Of a stretch of 64,000 nucleotides of DNA, positions 25,904 through 34,974 are shown in pieces. How positions within the stretch are numbered: the stretch's first letter is position 1; every line of letters begins with the position of its first letter. Made by a program: the position numbers and the translations under genes. The notes beneath the pieces were generated by a model, which searched no databases, was not told where the DNA came from, and saw only the letters and a program-made list of their open reading frames with translations. This DNA comes from an uncultured Actinomycetota bacterium (GTDB taxonomy: Bacteria > Actinomycetota > UBA4738 > HRBIN12), in assembly GCA_963746335.1 (NCBI GenBank), contig CAVVAK010000009.1:244157-308156 (forward strand), in the 5' to 3' direction.

Positions 25904-27766
25904 GTGGACCTCCATCTGATGGACGCCGCCCCGACGGACGCGGAGCGGTCCGCGGTCGACGGGTTCCTGGGGCTCCCGGAGACCGGCTGGGAGGGAGGTC
26001 TCGAGCGATCCGCACGAGACCTCCGGGTCGTGCGAGGCGGTCGCGAGGCACGCGACCAGCGTCACCTCCTGCTGCCGGCGCTGCACGCCCTCCAATCGAG
26101 CGTGGGATGGATCAGCCGCGGAGGCCTCAACTACGTGTCCCAGCGGCTCTCGGTGCCGCCGGCGGACGCGTACGGCGTGGCCACGTTCTACGCGATGTTC
26201 AGCGTCGAGGAACGCCCGGCGAACGTCGTCCACGTCTGCGACGACCTCGCATGCCGCGGGGCGGGTGGGCTGGCGCTCGTCGAGGAGCTGGCGCGCGACG
26301 CCGCGCCGGAGGGCGCCGATGCAGGCGGGTGGACCTGGGTACGGTCGCCCTGTCTCGGCATGTGCGAGCAGGCGCCGGCCGTCTTCGCGCAACGAGCGGG
26401 ACGGCCTGAGGTGGCCCTCGGCGAGGCGACCCGCGCGACCGTGGACGCGATCGTGGCGCCTGACTCCGACGTGGCCTGCGCCGGCGGGGTCGGGGCGCCG
26501 CAGACGGTCGCGCCCGAAGGGCGCGACCGTCTGCGGCTCCTGCGACGGGCCGGCGTCGTCGATCCGTCATCGATCGACGACTATCGCGCCCACGGCGGGT
26601 ACGAGGCTCTCCGAACCGCGATCCAGATGGGACCGGAGGCCACGATCCAGGCCGTGACGGACGCGAAGCTCCTGGGGCGGGGGGGCGCCGCGTTCCCGAC
26701 CGGGGTGAAGTGGCAGGCGGTCACCACCCAGCCGGTGCGGCCCCACTTCGTGATCTGCAACGCCGACGAATCCGAGCCGGGGACGTTCAAGGATCGGGTC
26801 GTGATGGAGCAGGATCCGTTCGCCGTCGTCGAGGCACTGACCGTGGCGGGGTTCGCGTGCGGGGCGGAGAAGGGATTCGTCTACATCCGAGGCGAATATC
26901 CGCTGGCGACCGAGCGGCTCGAGCACGCGATCGCCGAGGCGAGGCATCACGGCTTCCTCGGCGAGGATGTCATGGGCCACGGGGTCGCGTTCGACATCGA
27001 GCTCCGTCGTGGGGCCGGCGCCTACATCTGTGGCGAGGAGACCGCGCTGTTCAACTCGATCGAGGGCAAGCGCGGGGAGCCGCGCAACAAGCCGCCGTTC
27101 CCGGTGACCCACGGGGTCTTCGGCAAGCCGACGGCGATCAACAACGTCGAGACACTGATCAACGTGCTGGAGGTGCTCCGGCACGGCGCGGAGGCGTACG
27201 CCGCGATCGGAAGCGAGGGATCCACGGGTCCTCGGTTGTTCTGCCTGTCCGGGCAGGTGGAGCGGCCCGGCGTCTACGAGGTGGAGCACGGCGCCACCCT
27301 CGGAGAGCTGATCGAGCTCGCCGGCGGCATCCGAGCGGGCGGATCTCTCAAGACGGTGCTCCTCGGCGGCGCAGCGGGCGGCTTCGTCGGGCCGGACATG
27401 CTCGACGCGAAGCTCACGTTCGAGGACGCTCGGGAGGGCGGATACACGCTCGGATCGGGCGTGATCATGGTCTTCGACGAGAGCGCGGATCTGGTGGATC
27501 TCTGTCTTCGCATCGCTCGTTTCTTCCGCGACGAGAGCTGCGGTCAATGCGTCCCGTGCCGGGTCGGCACGGTCCGGCAGGAAGAGGCGCTCCACCGGCT
27601 CGTCGCCGGCACGACGATCGGCTCGGCGCGAGACGAGCTCGCCCTGATCGACGAGGTGGCCCAGGTGATGCGGGACGCCTCGATCTGCGGGCTCGGCCAG
27701 ACGGCGGCGAACGCCGTGCAGTCGGCGATCTCGCGGCTCGGCGTCTTCGATGGAGGTGCCGCGTGA
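25904..27766 (+). CDS. NAD-linked formate dehydrogenase diaphorase subunit, a NuoE-like / NuoF-like fusion
   Basis: 620 aa with a GTG start after GGAGGTGG. The N-terminus has CDDLAC...CLGMC (NuoE 2Fe-2S). The remainder has GGAAFPTGVKW, CNADESEPGTFKDR, GAGAYICGEETAL and ESCGQCVPCR...ICGLGQ (NuoF FMN/NADH/4Fe-4S). Confidence 0.9.
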   Translation: MDLHLMDAAPTDAERSAVDGFLGLPETGWEGGLERSARDLRVVRGGREARDQRHLLLPALHALQSSVGWISRGGLNYVSQRLSVPPADAYGVATFYAMFSVEERPANVVHVCDDLACRGAGGLALVEELARDAAPEGADAGGWTWVRSPCLGMCEQAPAVFAQRAGRPEVALGEATRATVDAIVAPDSDVACAGGVGAPQTVAPEGRDRLRLLRRAGVVDPSSIDDYRAHGGYEALRTAIQMGPEATIQAVTDAKLLGRGGAAFPTGVKWQAVTTQPVRPHFVICNADESEPGTFKDRVVMEQDPFAVVEALTVAGFACGAEKGFVYIRGEYPLATERLEHAIAEARHHGFLGEDVMGHGVAFDIELRRGAGAYICGEETALFNSIEGKRGEPRNKPPFPVTHGVFGKPTAINNVETLINVLEVLRHGAEAYAAIGSEGSTGPRLFCLSGQVERPGVYEVEHGATLGELIELAGGIRAGGSLKTVLLGGAAGGFVGPDMLDAKLTFEDAREGGYTLGSGVIMVFDESADLVDLCLRIARFFRDESCGQCVPCRVGTVRQEEALHRLVAGTTIGSARDELALIDEVAQVMRDASICGLGQTAANAVQSAISRLGVFDGGAA

Positions 27767-28722
27767 GCCAGGCGGTGCCGCTCGACGCACCGAAGCGGCT
27801 GATCGACGTCGAGATCGACGGGCGAGTTGTCCGCGTGCCGGAGGGTGCCACGATCCTGGATGCGTGCCGGGCCGAGGGCGTGGACACGCCCACGATGTGC
27901 TACGCGGACAATCTCACGCCGATCAATGCCTGCCGGGTGTGCGTCGTGGAGGTCGAGGGCTCTCGCGTCCTCGTGCCGGCATGCTCCCGCCGCGCCGAGC
28001 CGGAGATGAAGGTGAAGACCGACACGGAACGGGTGCGGCACTCGCGCAAGCTCGTGATGGAGTTCCTCGACTCGACCGTCGACATCACGCTCGCATCGAC
28101 GGACTGGCGTCGATGGGCGGGCGAGTATGGAGCGGACCCGTCCCGGTTCGGCGTCGCGATGGAACCGATGGAGGCAGGGGAGCGCGACGAGCGACCGCCC
28201 GGGCACCACCACGACCCCGACCCTGCGGTGGCGGAGACCGTGGCGCAGCCGGTGAAGGTCGACAACGACCTGTACGTCCGTGACTACGAGCGGTGCGTGC
28301 TCTGCTACAAGTGCGTCGAAGCGTGCGGGGTGGACGCGCAGAACACGTTCGCGATCGCCGTCGCGGGGCGCGGATTCGACGCGAGGATCTCCACCGAGTT
28401 CGCGGTGCCGCTGGACGAGTCGGCGTGCGTGTACTGCGGGAACTGCATCGGGGTCTGCCCGACCGGGGCGCTGATGTTCAAGTCGGAGCACGACATGCGC
28501 GCCGAGGGGACGTGGGACGAGGACGCGCAGTCGGTCACGAACACGATCTGTCCGTATTGCGGGGTGGGTTGTGAGCTCGAGGTCCACGTCCAGGACAACG
28601 AGATCGTGAAGGTGTCGTCTCCGGAGGACCACTCCGTCACGAGTGGCCACCTCTGCATCAAGGGCCGGTTCGGGTTCGCCTACGTGCAGCGCCGAGGGGA
28701 ACGCGACGGCCGGGGGCGGTAG
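27763..28722 (+). CDS. Fe-S subunit corresponding to the N-terminal third of FdhA/NuoG (2Fe-2S, 4Fe-4S ferredoxin motifs and the Molybdop_Fe4S4 CxxCxxxC cluster)
   Basis: GTG at 27763 overlaps the previous stop (GTGA). It has IDGRVVRVPEGATILDA, CRVCVVEV, CVLCYKCVEAC and CVYCGNCIGVCP, then CPYCGVGCELEV and HLCIKGRFGF. It ends exactly where the 23956 product begins in full-length FdhA. Confidence 0.85.
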   Translation: MSQAVPLDAPKRLIDVEIDGRVVRVPEGATILDACRAEGVDTPTMCYADNLTPINACRVCVVEVEGSRVLVPACSRRAEPEMKVKTDTERVRHSRKLVMEFLDSTVDITLASTDWRRWAGEYGADPSRFGVAMEPMEAGERDERPPGHHHDPDPAVAETVAQPVKVDNDLYVRDYERCVLCYKCVEACGVDAQNTFAIAVAGRGFDARISTEFAVPLDESACVYCGNCIGVCPTGALMFKSEHDMRAEGTWDEDAQSVTNTICPYCGVGCELEVHVQDNEIVKVSSPEDHSVTSGHLCIKGRFGFAYVQRRGERDGRGR

Positions 28723-28738
28723 CGAGGTCGCGGGCGTC

Positions 28739-29305
28739 GTGCTCGCGGGTGGACGGTCCCGTCGATTCGGTCGCGACAAGCTCGCGGAGGAGTACCGAGG
28801 CACACCCCTCCTCCACCATCCGGTCTCGCGTCTGTTCGAGGTCTGTGATCGCGTGGTCGTGGTGCTCTCACCGGACGCGGAGGAGCCTCCCATGCCGGCG
28901 GGGACATCGGTGGTGTTCGCTCGCGATGCGATCGAGGATGAGGGACCGCTCCGCGGCCTGTCGGCCGGACTCGAGGTCGCGGACGCGGAGTGGACCGTCC
29001 TCGTCGGCGGCGACATGCCGGATCTGCAACCCCCTGTGCTCTTGGAGATGCTTCGCGCCGGGCTGGAGACGGGGGTCGTCGCCGTCTCGCTCTCGGACGG
29101 AGGGCAGGAGAGGCCGCTCCCGTGTGTGCTCCGCACCACGCCGGCGGCCGAGGCGGTCCGTGCGCTCCTCGAGGCCGGGCGCCGGAGCCTGCGGGAGCTG
29201 CTCGGGGCCGTCTCGGCCACCGTGATCGACGAACCGACCTGGACCGCCCTGGACCCCGAGCGACGCACGCTGATCGACGTCGATGCGCCCTCCGACCTGC
29301 CGTAG
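28739..29305 (+). CDS. mobA: molybdenum cofactor guanylyltransferase
   Basis: LAGGRSRRFG..DK, PLRGL and VLVGGDMP motifs. The start is uncertain: GTG 28739, or ATG 28643, which would overlap the upstream gene by 80 nt. Confidence 0.75.
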   Translation: MLAGGRSRRFGRDKLAEEYRGTPLLHHPVSRLFEVCDRVVVVLSPDAEEPPMPAGTSVVFARDAIEDEGPLRGLSAGLEVADAEWTVLVGGDMPDLQPPVLLEMLRAGLETGVVAVSLSDGGQERPLPCVLRTTPAAEAVRALLEAGRRSLRELLGAVSATVIDEPTWTALDPERRTLIDVDAPSDLP

Positions 29306-29327
29306 TCACCACCGATAGGCTCGCTCG

Positions 29328-30164
29328 GTGCCGCATGAGCCCTACATGCTCGGGTCGCTCGAGGTCGTGCCGCTGTGCGACGGGTGGGCGCCGTTGCCCC
29401 TCGACGACGAGATGCCCGGGCGCGACGTCGACTGGGATGAGGAGCGCGCACGGTTCCCGTGGGCGTTCCCGTCCGACGATGCGAGCAGCTGGGCGTGGCA
29501 CGTGCACTCGTTCCTGGTTCGCCACCGGGACGGGCTCGTGATGGTCGATACCGGCATCGGGCGCTTCGGACGCCCGCCGTACGACGTCTCGAGCGCGATC
29601 GACGAGGAGCTCCGCGCGGCTGCCGTATCGCCCGGCGATATCGGTCACGTCGTGTTGACCCATCTGCACGCCGATCATTCCGGAGGCGCATGCCTGCCCG
29701 ACGGGACCCCGAGGTTCCCGAACGCCCGCTACCACGTCCATCCGGACGACTGGTCGTTCTTCGCGGAGCACCGAACGCCGGACGACTTCACCGGGCGCTC
29801 CGCGATGACCGTCATCGAGGAGCTCGGGATGCTCGACCTCGACGCACCGGACCATGAAGTGCTGCGCGGGGTGTCCCTCCGGCACGCACCGGGTCATACG
29901 CCCGGGCACCGCGTGGTGCAGCTCGACGACGAGAACGCAACGTTGCTCCTGACGGGCGACCTCCTCCACGTGCCGCCGCAGGTGGCGGATCCGGACTCGC
30001 CTTCGAACCACGACGAGGACCCGGAGGTCGCGGCTCGGGCGCGATCCCGCCTCGTCGATCAAGCCCGGACGGCGGGATGGGCCGTCGGCGTCTCGCACTT
30101 CGCACGACCCTTCGGGCGCGTCGAGACCGACGGCTGGGCCCCAAGAGAGGGCGGTCTCCGCTAG
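29328..30164 (+). CDS. MBL-fold metallo-hydrolase
   Basis: 278 aa with VLTHLHADHSGG (HxHxDH) and a distal HAPGHTPGH. Confidence 0.8.
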   Translation: MPHEPYMLGSLEVVPLCDGWAPLPLDDEMPGRDVDWDEERARFPWAFPSDDASSWAWHVHSFLVRHRDGLVMVDTGIGRFGRPPYDVSSAIDEELRAAAVSPGDIGHVVLTHLHADHSGGACLPDGTPRFPNARYHVHPDDWSFFAEHRTPDDFTGRSAMTVIEELGMLDLDAPDHEVLRGVSLRHAPGHTPGHRVVQLDDENATLLLTGDLLHVPPQVADPDSPSNHDEDPEVAARARSRLVDQARTAGWAVGVSHFARPFGRVETDGWAPREGGLR

Positions 30165-31873
30165 CCGTCCCGGTGGGACTCCAGCTCGTCGAGCCGCTCC
30201 GTGGCCACGCCGTGGGCGGCGTCGGATGCGGCCTCGTGGCCGGTGATGGCGCGGAGGAACTCGTCGCGGTCCAGCGCCAGGAGCCTGCTCTCGATCGTGG
30301 TGACGACGGTCGCCGTCCTCGGGACGTCGCGGATCAGGGCGATCTCCCCGAACGATCCGCCCGGGCCGAGCGTCGTGACACTTCGCCCACCTTCCCGGAC
30401 TTCCAGCGAACCTTCGACGATCGCGTAGAAGCGATCGCCCGCCTCGCCCTGCCTGATCACGACGGTTCCTTCCGGCACCGAGACCGGGATGAGGTTCCTC
30501 GCGAGACGCTCGAGCATCGGTGCGGGGAGCGGCGCGAACATCCGCGTCGATCGCAGGAGCGCCATCTCCTCCGACGGGATCCGCACCCCGACGTCGAGCG
30601 CGATGAGGGCTCGGCGACCCAGCAGGGCCACCGACGGCAGGAGCACGCCGGCGATCAACAGGGTCCACCGAGGGCCGATCGCCACGACGAGGAGCGAGGC
30701 AAGGAGCGACCCGACACCTTCGCCGGCCATGTAGAGCGACTCCAGCACGCCGAACGCTCTCGAGAGCTGCTTGTCCGGTATCAGCCGCTGCAGCATCACG
30801 CGTCCGTTGACGTCGGCGAGCGCAGCACCCGCTCCACTCATCGCCAGGAAGACTCCGGCCGCGGCGGGTTGGGCGGCGATCCCGGCGATCGAGAGCCCGC
30901 TCCACGAGACCCCCCACCGGAACGAGCGGGACGATCGCCACCGCGCCGCGACGCCGATCGCGAGCGCCGCTCCCACCACGGCACCGATGCCGATCGAGGC
31001 GGTCAGGAAACCGACACCGGCGTCGCCGGTACCGACGACGTCGAAGGCCAGGATCACGATCAGCACGTCGACGAAGCCCATTTGGACCATCGCGAGCCCC
31101 ATCGTTGCGACCAGGAGCAGCGACCGGCGGTCGCGCGCGACGGCTCGGACCCCGCCCACCGCCTCGGATGCGACCACGCGGACGCCGGAGATCCCGCCAT
31201 CGTGCGCGGGCTCGGTGCGGACCCGGATCGAGATCACGCTCACGGTGCCGAGGATGAGCATCACGGCGAGTGCGGCATCCACCACACCCGGCCCCGAGAG
31301 GGAACCGGGAGCGAGACCCATCAGTCCTCCCGCGAGGAGTGGACCGAGCAGAGAGCTGAAGCTCTCGAGGACGCTGCTCGCGGCGTAGGCACTCGAGAGC
31401 TCCTCCGGCGTTCGAGCCAGGCGGGGAAGGAGAGAGGCGTGCGTGGGACGGACGAGCGTGATCGCCCATCCGGCCGAGGTGGCCGATGCGTAGACGAACG
31501 GAGCTGGTGCGTCGATGAGCAGGGCGACGGCGGCCACGGCCGTCATCGCGGCGAGCGAGGCATAGGCGAAGACGAGGACTCGCTCGCGGCGGTGCCGATC
31601 CCCGAGCACGGATCCGATCGGCGCGAGGATCGCGGCGGGGATCAGCTGGAGGAGGCTCACCAAGCCGACCATGACGCTGCCGCCGTCCTGGTAGGCGTAC
31701 ACGATCAGCGCGATGAACGCCGCCCATTCGGTGATGGTGAACGCGAGGTAGGCGGCGAGCGCCTTCGCGATATCGGGCGATCGGAACGAGCTCCCGAGCG
31801 CCGTCAGCGACGTCCGGACGTCGGCGAGGACACTCCTGACCGCCGATCCCTTCTTCGGTCGTTCCTCCGCCAC
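30161..31873 (-). CDS. MFS transporter fused to a C-terminal cyclic-nucleotide-binding domain
   Basis: 570 aa. About 12 TM helices are followed by VPEGTVVIRQGEAGDRFYAIVEGSLEV...FGEIALIRDVPRTATVV. Confidence 0.85.
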   Translation of the reverse strand: MAEERPKKGSAVRSVLADVRTSLTALGSSFRSPDIAKALAAYLAFTITEWAAFIALIVYAYQDGGSVMVGLVSLLQLIPAAILAPIGSVLGDRHRRERVLVFAYASLAAMTAVAAVALLIDAPAPFVYASATSAGWAITLVRPTHASLLPRLARTPEELSSAYAASSVLESFSSLLGPLLAGGLMGLAPGSLSGPGVVDAALAVMLILGTVSVISIRVRTEPAHDGGISGVRVVASEAVGGVRAVARDRRSLLLVATMGLAMVQMGFVDVLIVILAFDVVGTGDAGVGFLTASIGIGAVVGAALAIGVAARWRSSRSFRWGVSWSGLSIAGIAAQPAAAGVFLAMSGAGAALADVNGRVMLQRLIPDKQLSRAFGVLESLYMAGEGVGSLLASLLVVAIGPRWTLLIAGVLLPSVALLGRRALIALDVGVRIPSEEMALLRSTRMFAPLPAPMLERLARNLIPVSVPEGTVVIRQGEAGDRFYAIVEGSLEVREGGRSVTTLGPGGSFGEIALIRDVPRTATVVTTIESRLLALDRDEFLRAITGHEAASDAAHGVATERLDELESHRDG

Positions 31874-32006
31874 GAGGGCAGGAGTCTAGGTCAGCGTGCT
31901 CCGGCGGGGTCGTCCCAGCCCCGGTTGGGCTACAGTCGCTCCTGAAGAGCGGGCGTTCGGCTTCTACCCGCGCATCACATCACCCTCTCCTGAAAGGACC
32001 CCGGCC

Positions 32007-33320
32007 ATGCCGCGTCGTGTCCTGATCATGGGAGCCGCAGGCCGCGACTTCCACAACTTCAATGTCGTCTTCCGAGACGACCCCGAGACCGAGGTCGTGG
32101 CGTTCACCGCGACGCAGATCCCGTACATCGACGACCGGACGTATCCGGCCGCGCTCGCCGGCGATCGATACCCCGAGGGCATCCGGATCCATGAGGAGGA
32201 CGAGCTCCCGCGGCTCATCCGCCAGCTCGACGTGGACGACGTGGTGTTCGCCTATTCCGACGTCTCGCACGAGTACGTGATGCACAAGGCGAGCGAGGCA
32301 CTCGCGGCCGGCGCGAACTTCCTGCTGTTGGGCCCGAACGCGACGATGCTGAAGCCGGACATCCCCACCGTGGCCGTCACGGCCGTGCGGACCGGCGTCG
32401 GGAAGTCCCAGACGACCCGCGCGGTCGCCGCGACGCTGAAAGAGGCGGGGAAGAAGGTGGTGGCCGTGCGTCACCCGATGCCGTACGGGGATCTCACCGC
32501 CCAGCGCGTCCAGCGGTTCGCGGAGCTCGAGGACCTCGATCGGCACCACTGCACGATCGAGGAGCGAGAAGAGTACGAGCCGCACATCACGAGCGGGACC
32601 GTGATCTACGCAGGCGTGGACTACGCCGCGATCCTCGAGCAGGCACAGGCCGAGGCCGACGTCCTCCTGTGGGACGGGGGCAACAACGACCTGCCGTTCT
32701 ATCTCCCGGACGTCCACATCGCGCTCGTCGACCCCCTGCGGGTCGGTCACGAGACGAGGTACCACCCGGGGGAGGCCAACCTCCGTCGCGCCGACGTCAT
32801 CCTGATCAACAAGATGGACTCCTCGACGCCGGAGCAGGTCGCCCAGCTCGAAGCGACGATCGCGGATACGAATCCGATGGCGACGGTCGTCAAGGCGAAC
32901 TCCAAGGTGACGGTGGACGACCCCGACGCGATCGCGGGCAAGCGGGTCCTCGTGATCGAGGACGGGCCGACGCTCACGCACGGTGAGATGAAGATCGGCG
33001 CCGGAGTGGTCGCCGCGCAGCGGGGGGGCGCGGCCGAGATCGTGGATCCGCGGCCGTGGGCGGTGGGGACGATCGCCGAGACGTTCGAGCAGTATGACGT
33101 GGGGGCCGTCTTGCCTGCGATGGGCTACAGCCAGGGGCAGCTCGACGAGATGGCGAAGATCATCGACGACGCCGACGTCGACCTCGTCGTGATCGGCACC
33201 CCGATCGATCTCCGCCACGTGATCGACATCAGCAAGCCGGCCGTCCGGGTGCGCTACGACCTCGAGGTGCTCCCGGAGTCCCCGCAGCTGCTCGACGTGC
33301 TGAAGCCTGTGCTCTCGTAG
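32007..33320 (+). CDS. COG2403-type P-loop protein (annotated in databases as predicted GTPase or cyclic 2,3-diphosphoglycerate synthetase-like)
   Basis: ATG at 32007 after GAAAGGA (track ORF 31896 trimmed). It has VLIMGAAGRDFHNFN and a Walker-A-like RTGVGKSQTT, and is 437 aa. Confidence 0.6.
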   Translation: MPRRVLIMGAAGRDFHNFNVVFRDDPETEVVAFTATQIPYIDDRTYPAALAGDRYPEGIRIHEEDELPRLIRQLDVDDVVFAYSDVSHEYVMHKASEALAAGANFLLLGPNATMLKPDIPTVAVTAVRTGVGKSQTTRAVAATLKEAGKKVVAVRHPMPYGDLTAQRVQRFAELEDLDRHHCTIEEREEYEPHITSGTVIYAGVDYAAILEQAQAEADVLLWDGGNNDLPFYLPDVHIALVDPLRVGHETRYHPGEANLRRADVILINKMDSSTPEQVAQLEATIADTNPMATVVKANSKVTVDDPDAIAGKRVLVIEDGPTLTHGEMKIGAGVVAAQRGGAAEIVDPRPWAVGTIAETFEQYDVGAVLPAMGYSQGQLDEMAKIIDDADVDLVVIGTPIDLRHVIDISKPAVRVRYDLEVLPESPQLLDVLKPVLS

Positions 33321-33361
33321 CGGGTTCAGCCCGACCGCATCGGTGAAGGGAGCCGCCGAAC

Positions 33362-34300
33362 ATGGAACGTGTTGTCGTCGCCCTCGGCGGCAACGCCCTG
33401 CTCCGCCGCGGCGCGGAGGACACGTTCGAGGAGATGTACCGGGCGGCCCGGGCCGCGGCGGAGCGGATCGCCGACATCGCGGTGGACGGCTGGGAGGTCG
33501 TGGTCACCCACGGCAACGGTCCGCAGGTCGGCCGGATCCTCATCCAGCAGGAGGCCGCGGCCAAGACGGTCTCGCCGATGCCGCTCGACGTGTGCGGCGC
33601 CGAGAGCCAGGGACTGATCGGATACTTGCTCCAGGTCACGATCGGGGACGTGTTCTTCGAGCGCGAGATGGAACGTCCGGTGGCGACCGTGCTCACGTTG
33701 ACCAGGGTCCGTCCGAACGACCCCGCGTTCCGCACGCCCACGAAATTCATCGGCCCCTTCTACTCGGCCGCCCGAGCCCGGAAGCTCGAGGAGCAACGAG
33801 GCTGGGTGATGAAGGAGGATCCGCACGGGGGGTGGCGCCGGGTCGTTCCCTCACCCCGGCCGTATTCGATCGTCGAGACACCGGTCCTGAAGAAGCTCGT
33901 CGCGGACGGCGTGATCGTGATCGCGGGAGGCGGCGGGGGCGTACCGGTGATCGAGAAGGGCCCACGGCTGATCGGCAAGGAGGGCGTGGTGGACAAGGAT
34001 CTCGCCGCCGCGATCCTCGCAGCCGAAGTCGAGGCCAGCACGCTCCTGATCCTCACCGACGTGAAGAAGGTGCAACGAGGGTTCGGCACCCTGTACCCCG
34101 AAGAGATCGATCGGATGACCGTCGAGGAGGCGGCAGCCCTGCTCAAGGGTGGGGAGTTCGGCGCCGGCTCGATGGGACCGAAGATCCAGGCCGCGATCGA
34201 CTTCCTCGAAGCAGGCGGGCGCCGAGTGATGATCGGTGAGCTCGAGGACGCCACGATGATCCTTCGGGGCGAGGCGGGCACCGCGATCGTGCCGGGATGA
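33362..34300 (+). CDS. arcC: carbamate kinase
   Basis: 312 aa with VVALGGNALL, VVTHGNGPQVG and GGGGVPV. The stop overlaps the next start (ATGA). Confidence 0.9.
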   Translation: MERVVVALGGNALLRRGAEDTFEEMYRAARAAAERIADIAVDGWEVVVTHGNGPQVGRILIQQEAAAKTVSPMPLDVCGAESQGLIGYLLQVTIGDVFFEREMERPVATVLTLTRVRPNDPAFRTPTKFIGPFYSAARARKLEEQRGWVMKEDPHGGWRRVVPSPRPYSIVETPVLKKLVADGVIVIAGGGGGVPVIEKGPRLIGKEGVVDKDLAAAILAAEVEASTLLILTDVKKVQRGFGTLYPEEIDRMTVEEAAALLKGGEFGAGSMGPKIQAAIDFLEAGGRRVMIGELEDATMILRGEAGTAIVPG

Positions 34301-34974
34301 CCACTCGGAACCTGCGGGTCGCCACCTGGAACGTCCACGGGTTACGGGGCGGTGTGAGGGACATCGCGTCGGCGATCCACGCGGAAGAGATCGATGTCCT
34401 GGTGCTGCAGGAATCCGGACCCCGCCGGCGTCTCCAAGCGCTCGGTGAGACCCTCGGCATGATGGTGTGCGCGGACCCGCGGGCGTTCCCACACCGACGG
34501 GTCCAGAACGCGGTTCTCGTCCGCGGAGGATTGGCCACCACCGTCCACCACGAGCTCCGGCGCTTCTCCCAAGGTTCGTTCCTCCATCCGAGAGGCGTGT
34601 TGTTCGCCGACGTCGACGAGCGGCTCTCCGTGATGTCCGTCCACCTCGGCCTGAGCAGGAGCGAGCGGGAGCGCCACACGGAACAGCTCCTCGAGCACAT
34701 CGAGGGGTCGGAGGGACGTTCCGTGATCGGCGGTGACCTCAACGCCCTTCCCGGCGACCCGGCACCTCGGATGCTTGCCGCTCGGACGACCGATTGCTGG
34801 CACGAGGTGGGCGAAGGGGACGGGTACACGTTCCCGTCGCATGCCCCGACGGCTCGGATCGACTACCTCTTCGCGGGCCCGGCGGTCCAGCCGCTCCGCG
34901 CCTGGACCGCCGGCGGGACGGTCTCCGACCACCTCATGGTGGTCGCCGACCTCAGGATCGACGGTGAGGACTAG
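34297..34974 (+). CDS. endonuclease/exonuclease/phosphatase (EEP) family protein
   Basis: 225 aa with LRVATWNVHGLRGG at the N-terminus, GDLN, and a C-terminal SDH block. Confidence 0.75.
   Translation: MTTRNLRVATWNVHGLRGGVRDIASAIHAEEIDVLVLQESGPRRRLQALGETLGMMVCADPRAFPHRRVQNAVLVRGGLATTVHHELRRFSQGSFLHPRGVLFADVDERLSVMSVHLGLSRSERERHTEQLLEHIEGSEGRSVIGGDLNALPGDPAPRMLAARTTDCWHEVGEGDGYTFPSHAPTARIDYLFAGPAVQPLRAWTAGGTVSDHLMVVADLRIDGED

Noticed and set aside
28680-31727. 1015-aa minus-strand ORF, the longest in the track. Also 48810..50963(+), 59626..62013(-), 46853..48448(-) and 43805..45346(-).
   Set aside because: The translations are extremely Arg/Pro-rich with no motif. They overlap well-supported genes (mobA, MBL hydrolase, the MFS-cNMP fusion; sqdB/GT2; sulfatase and protein E). 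They are shadow ORFs.
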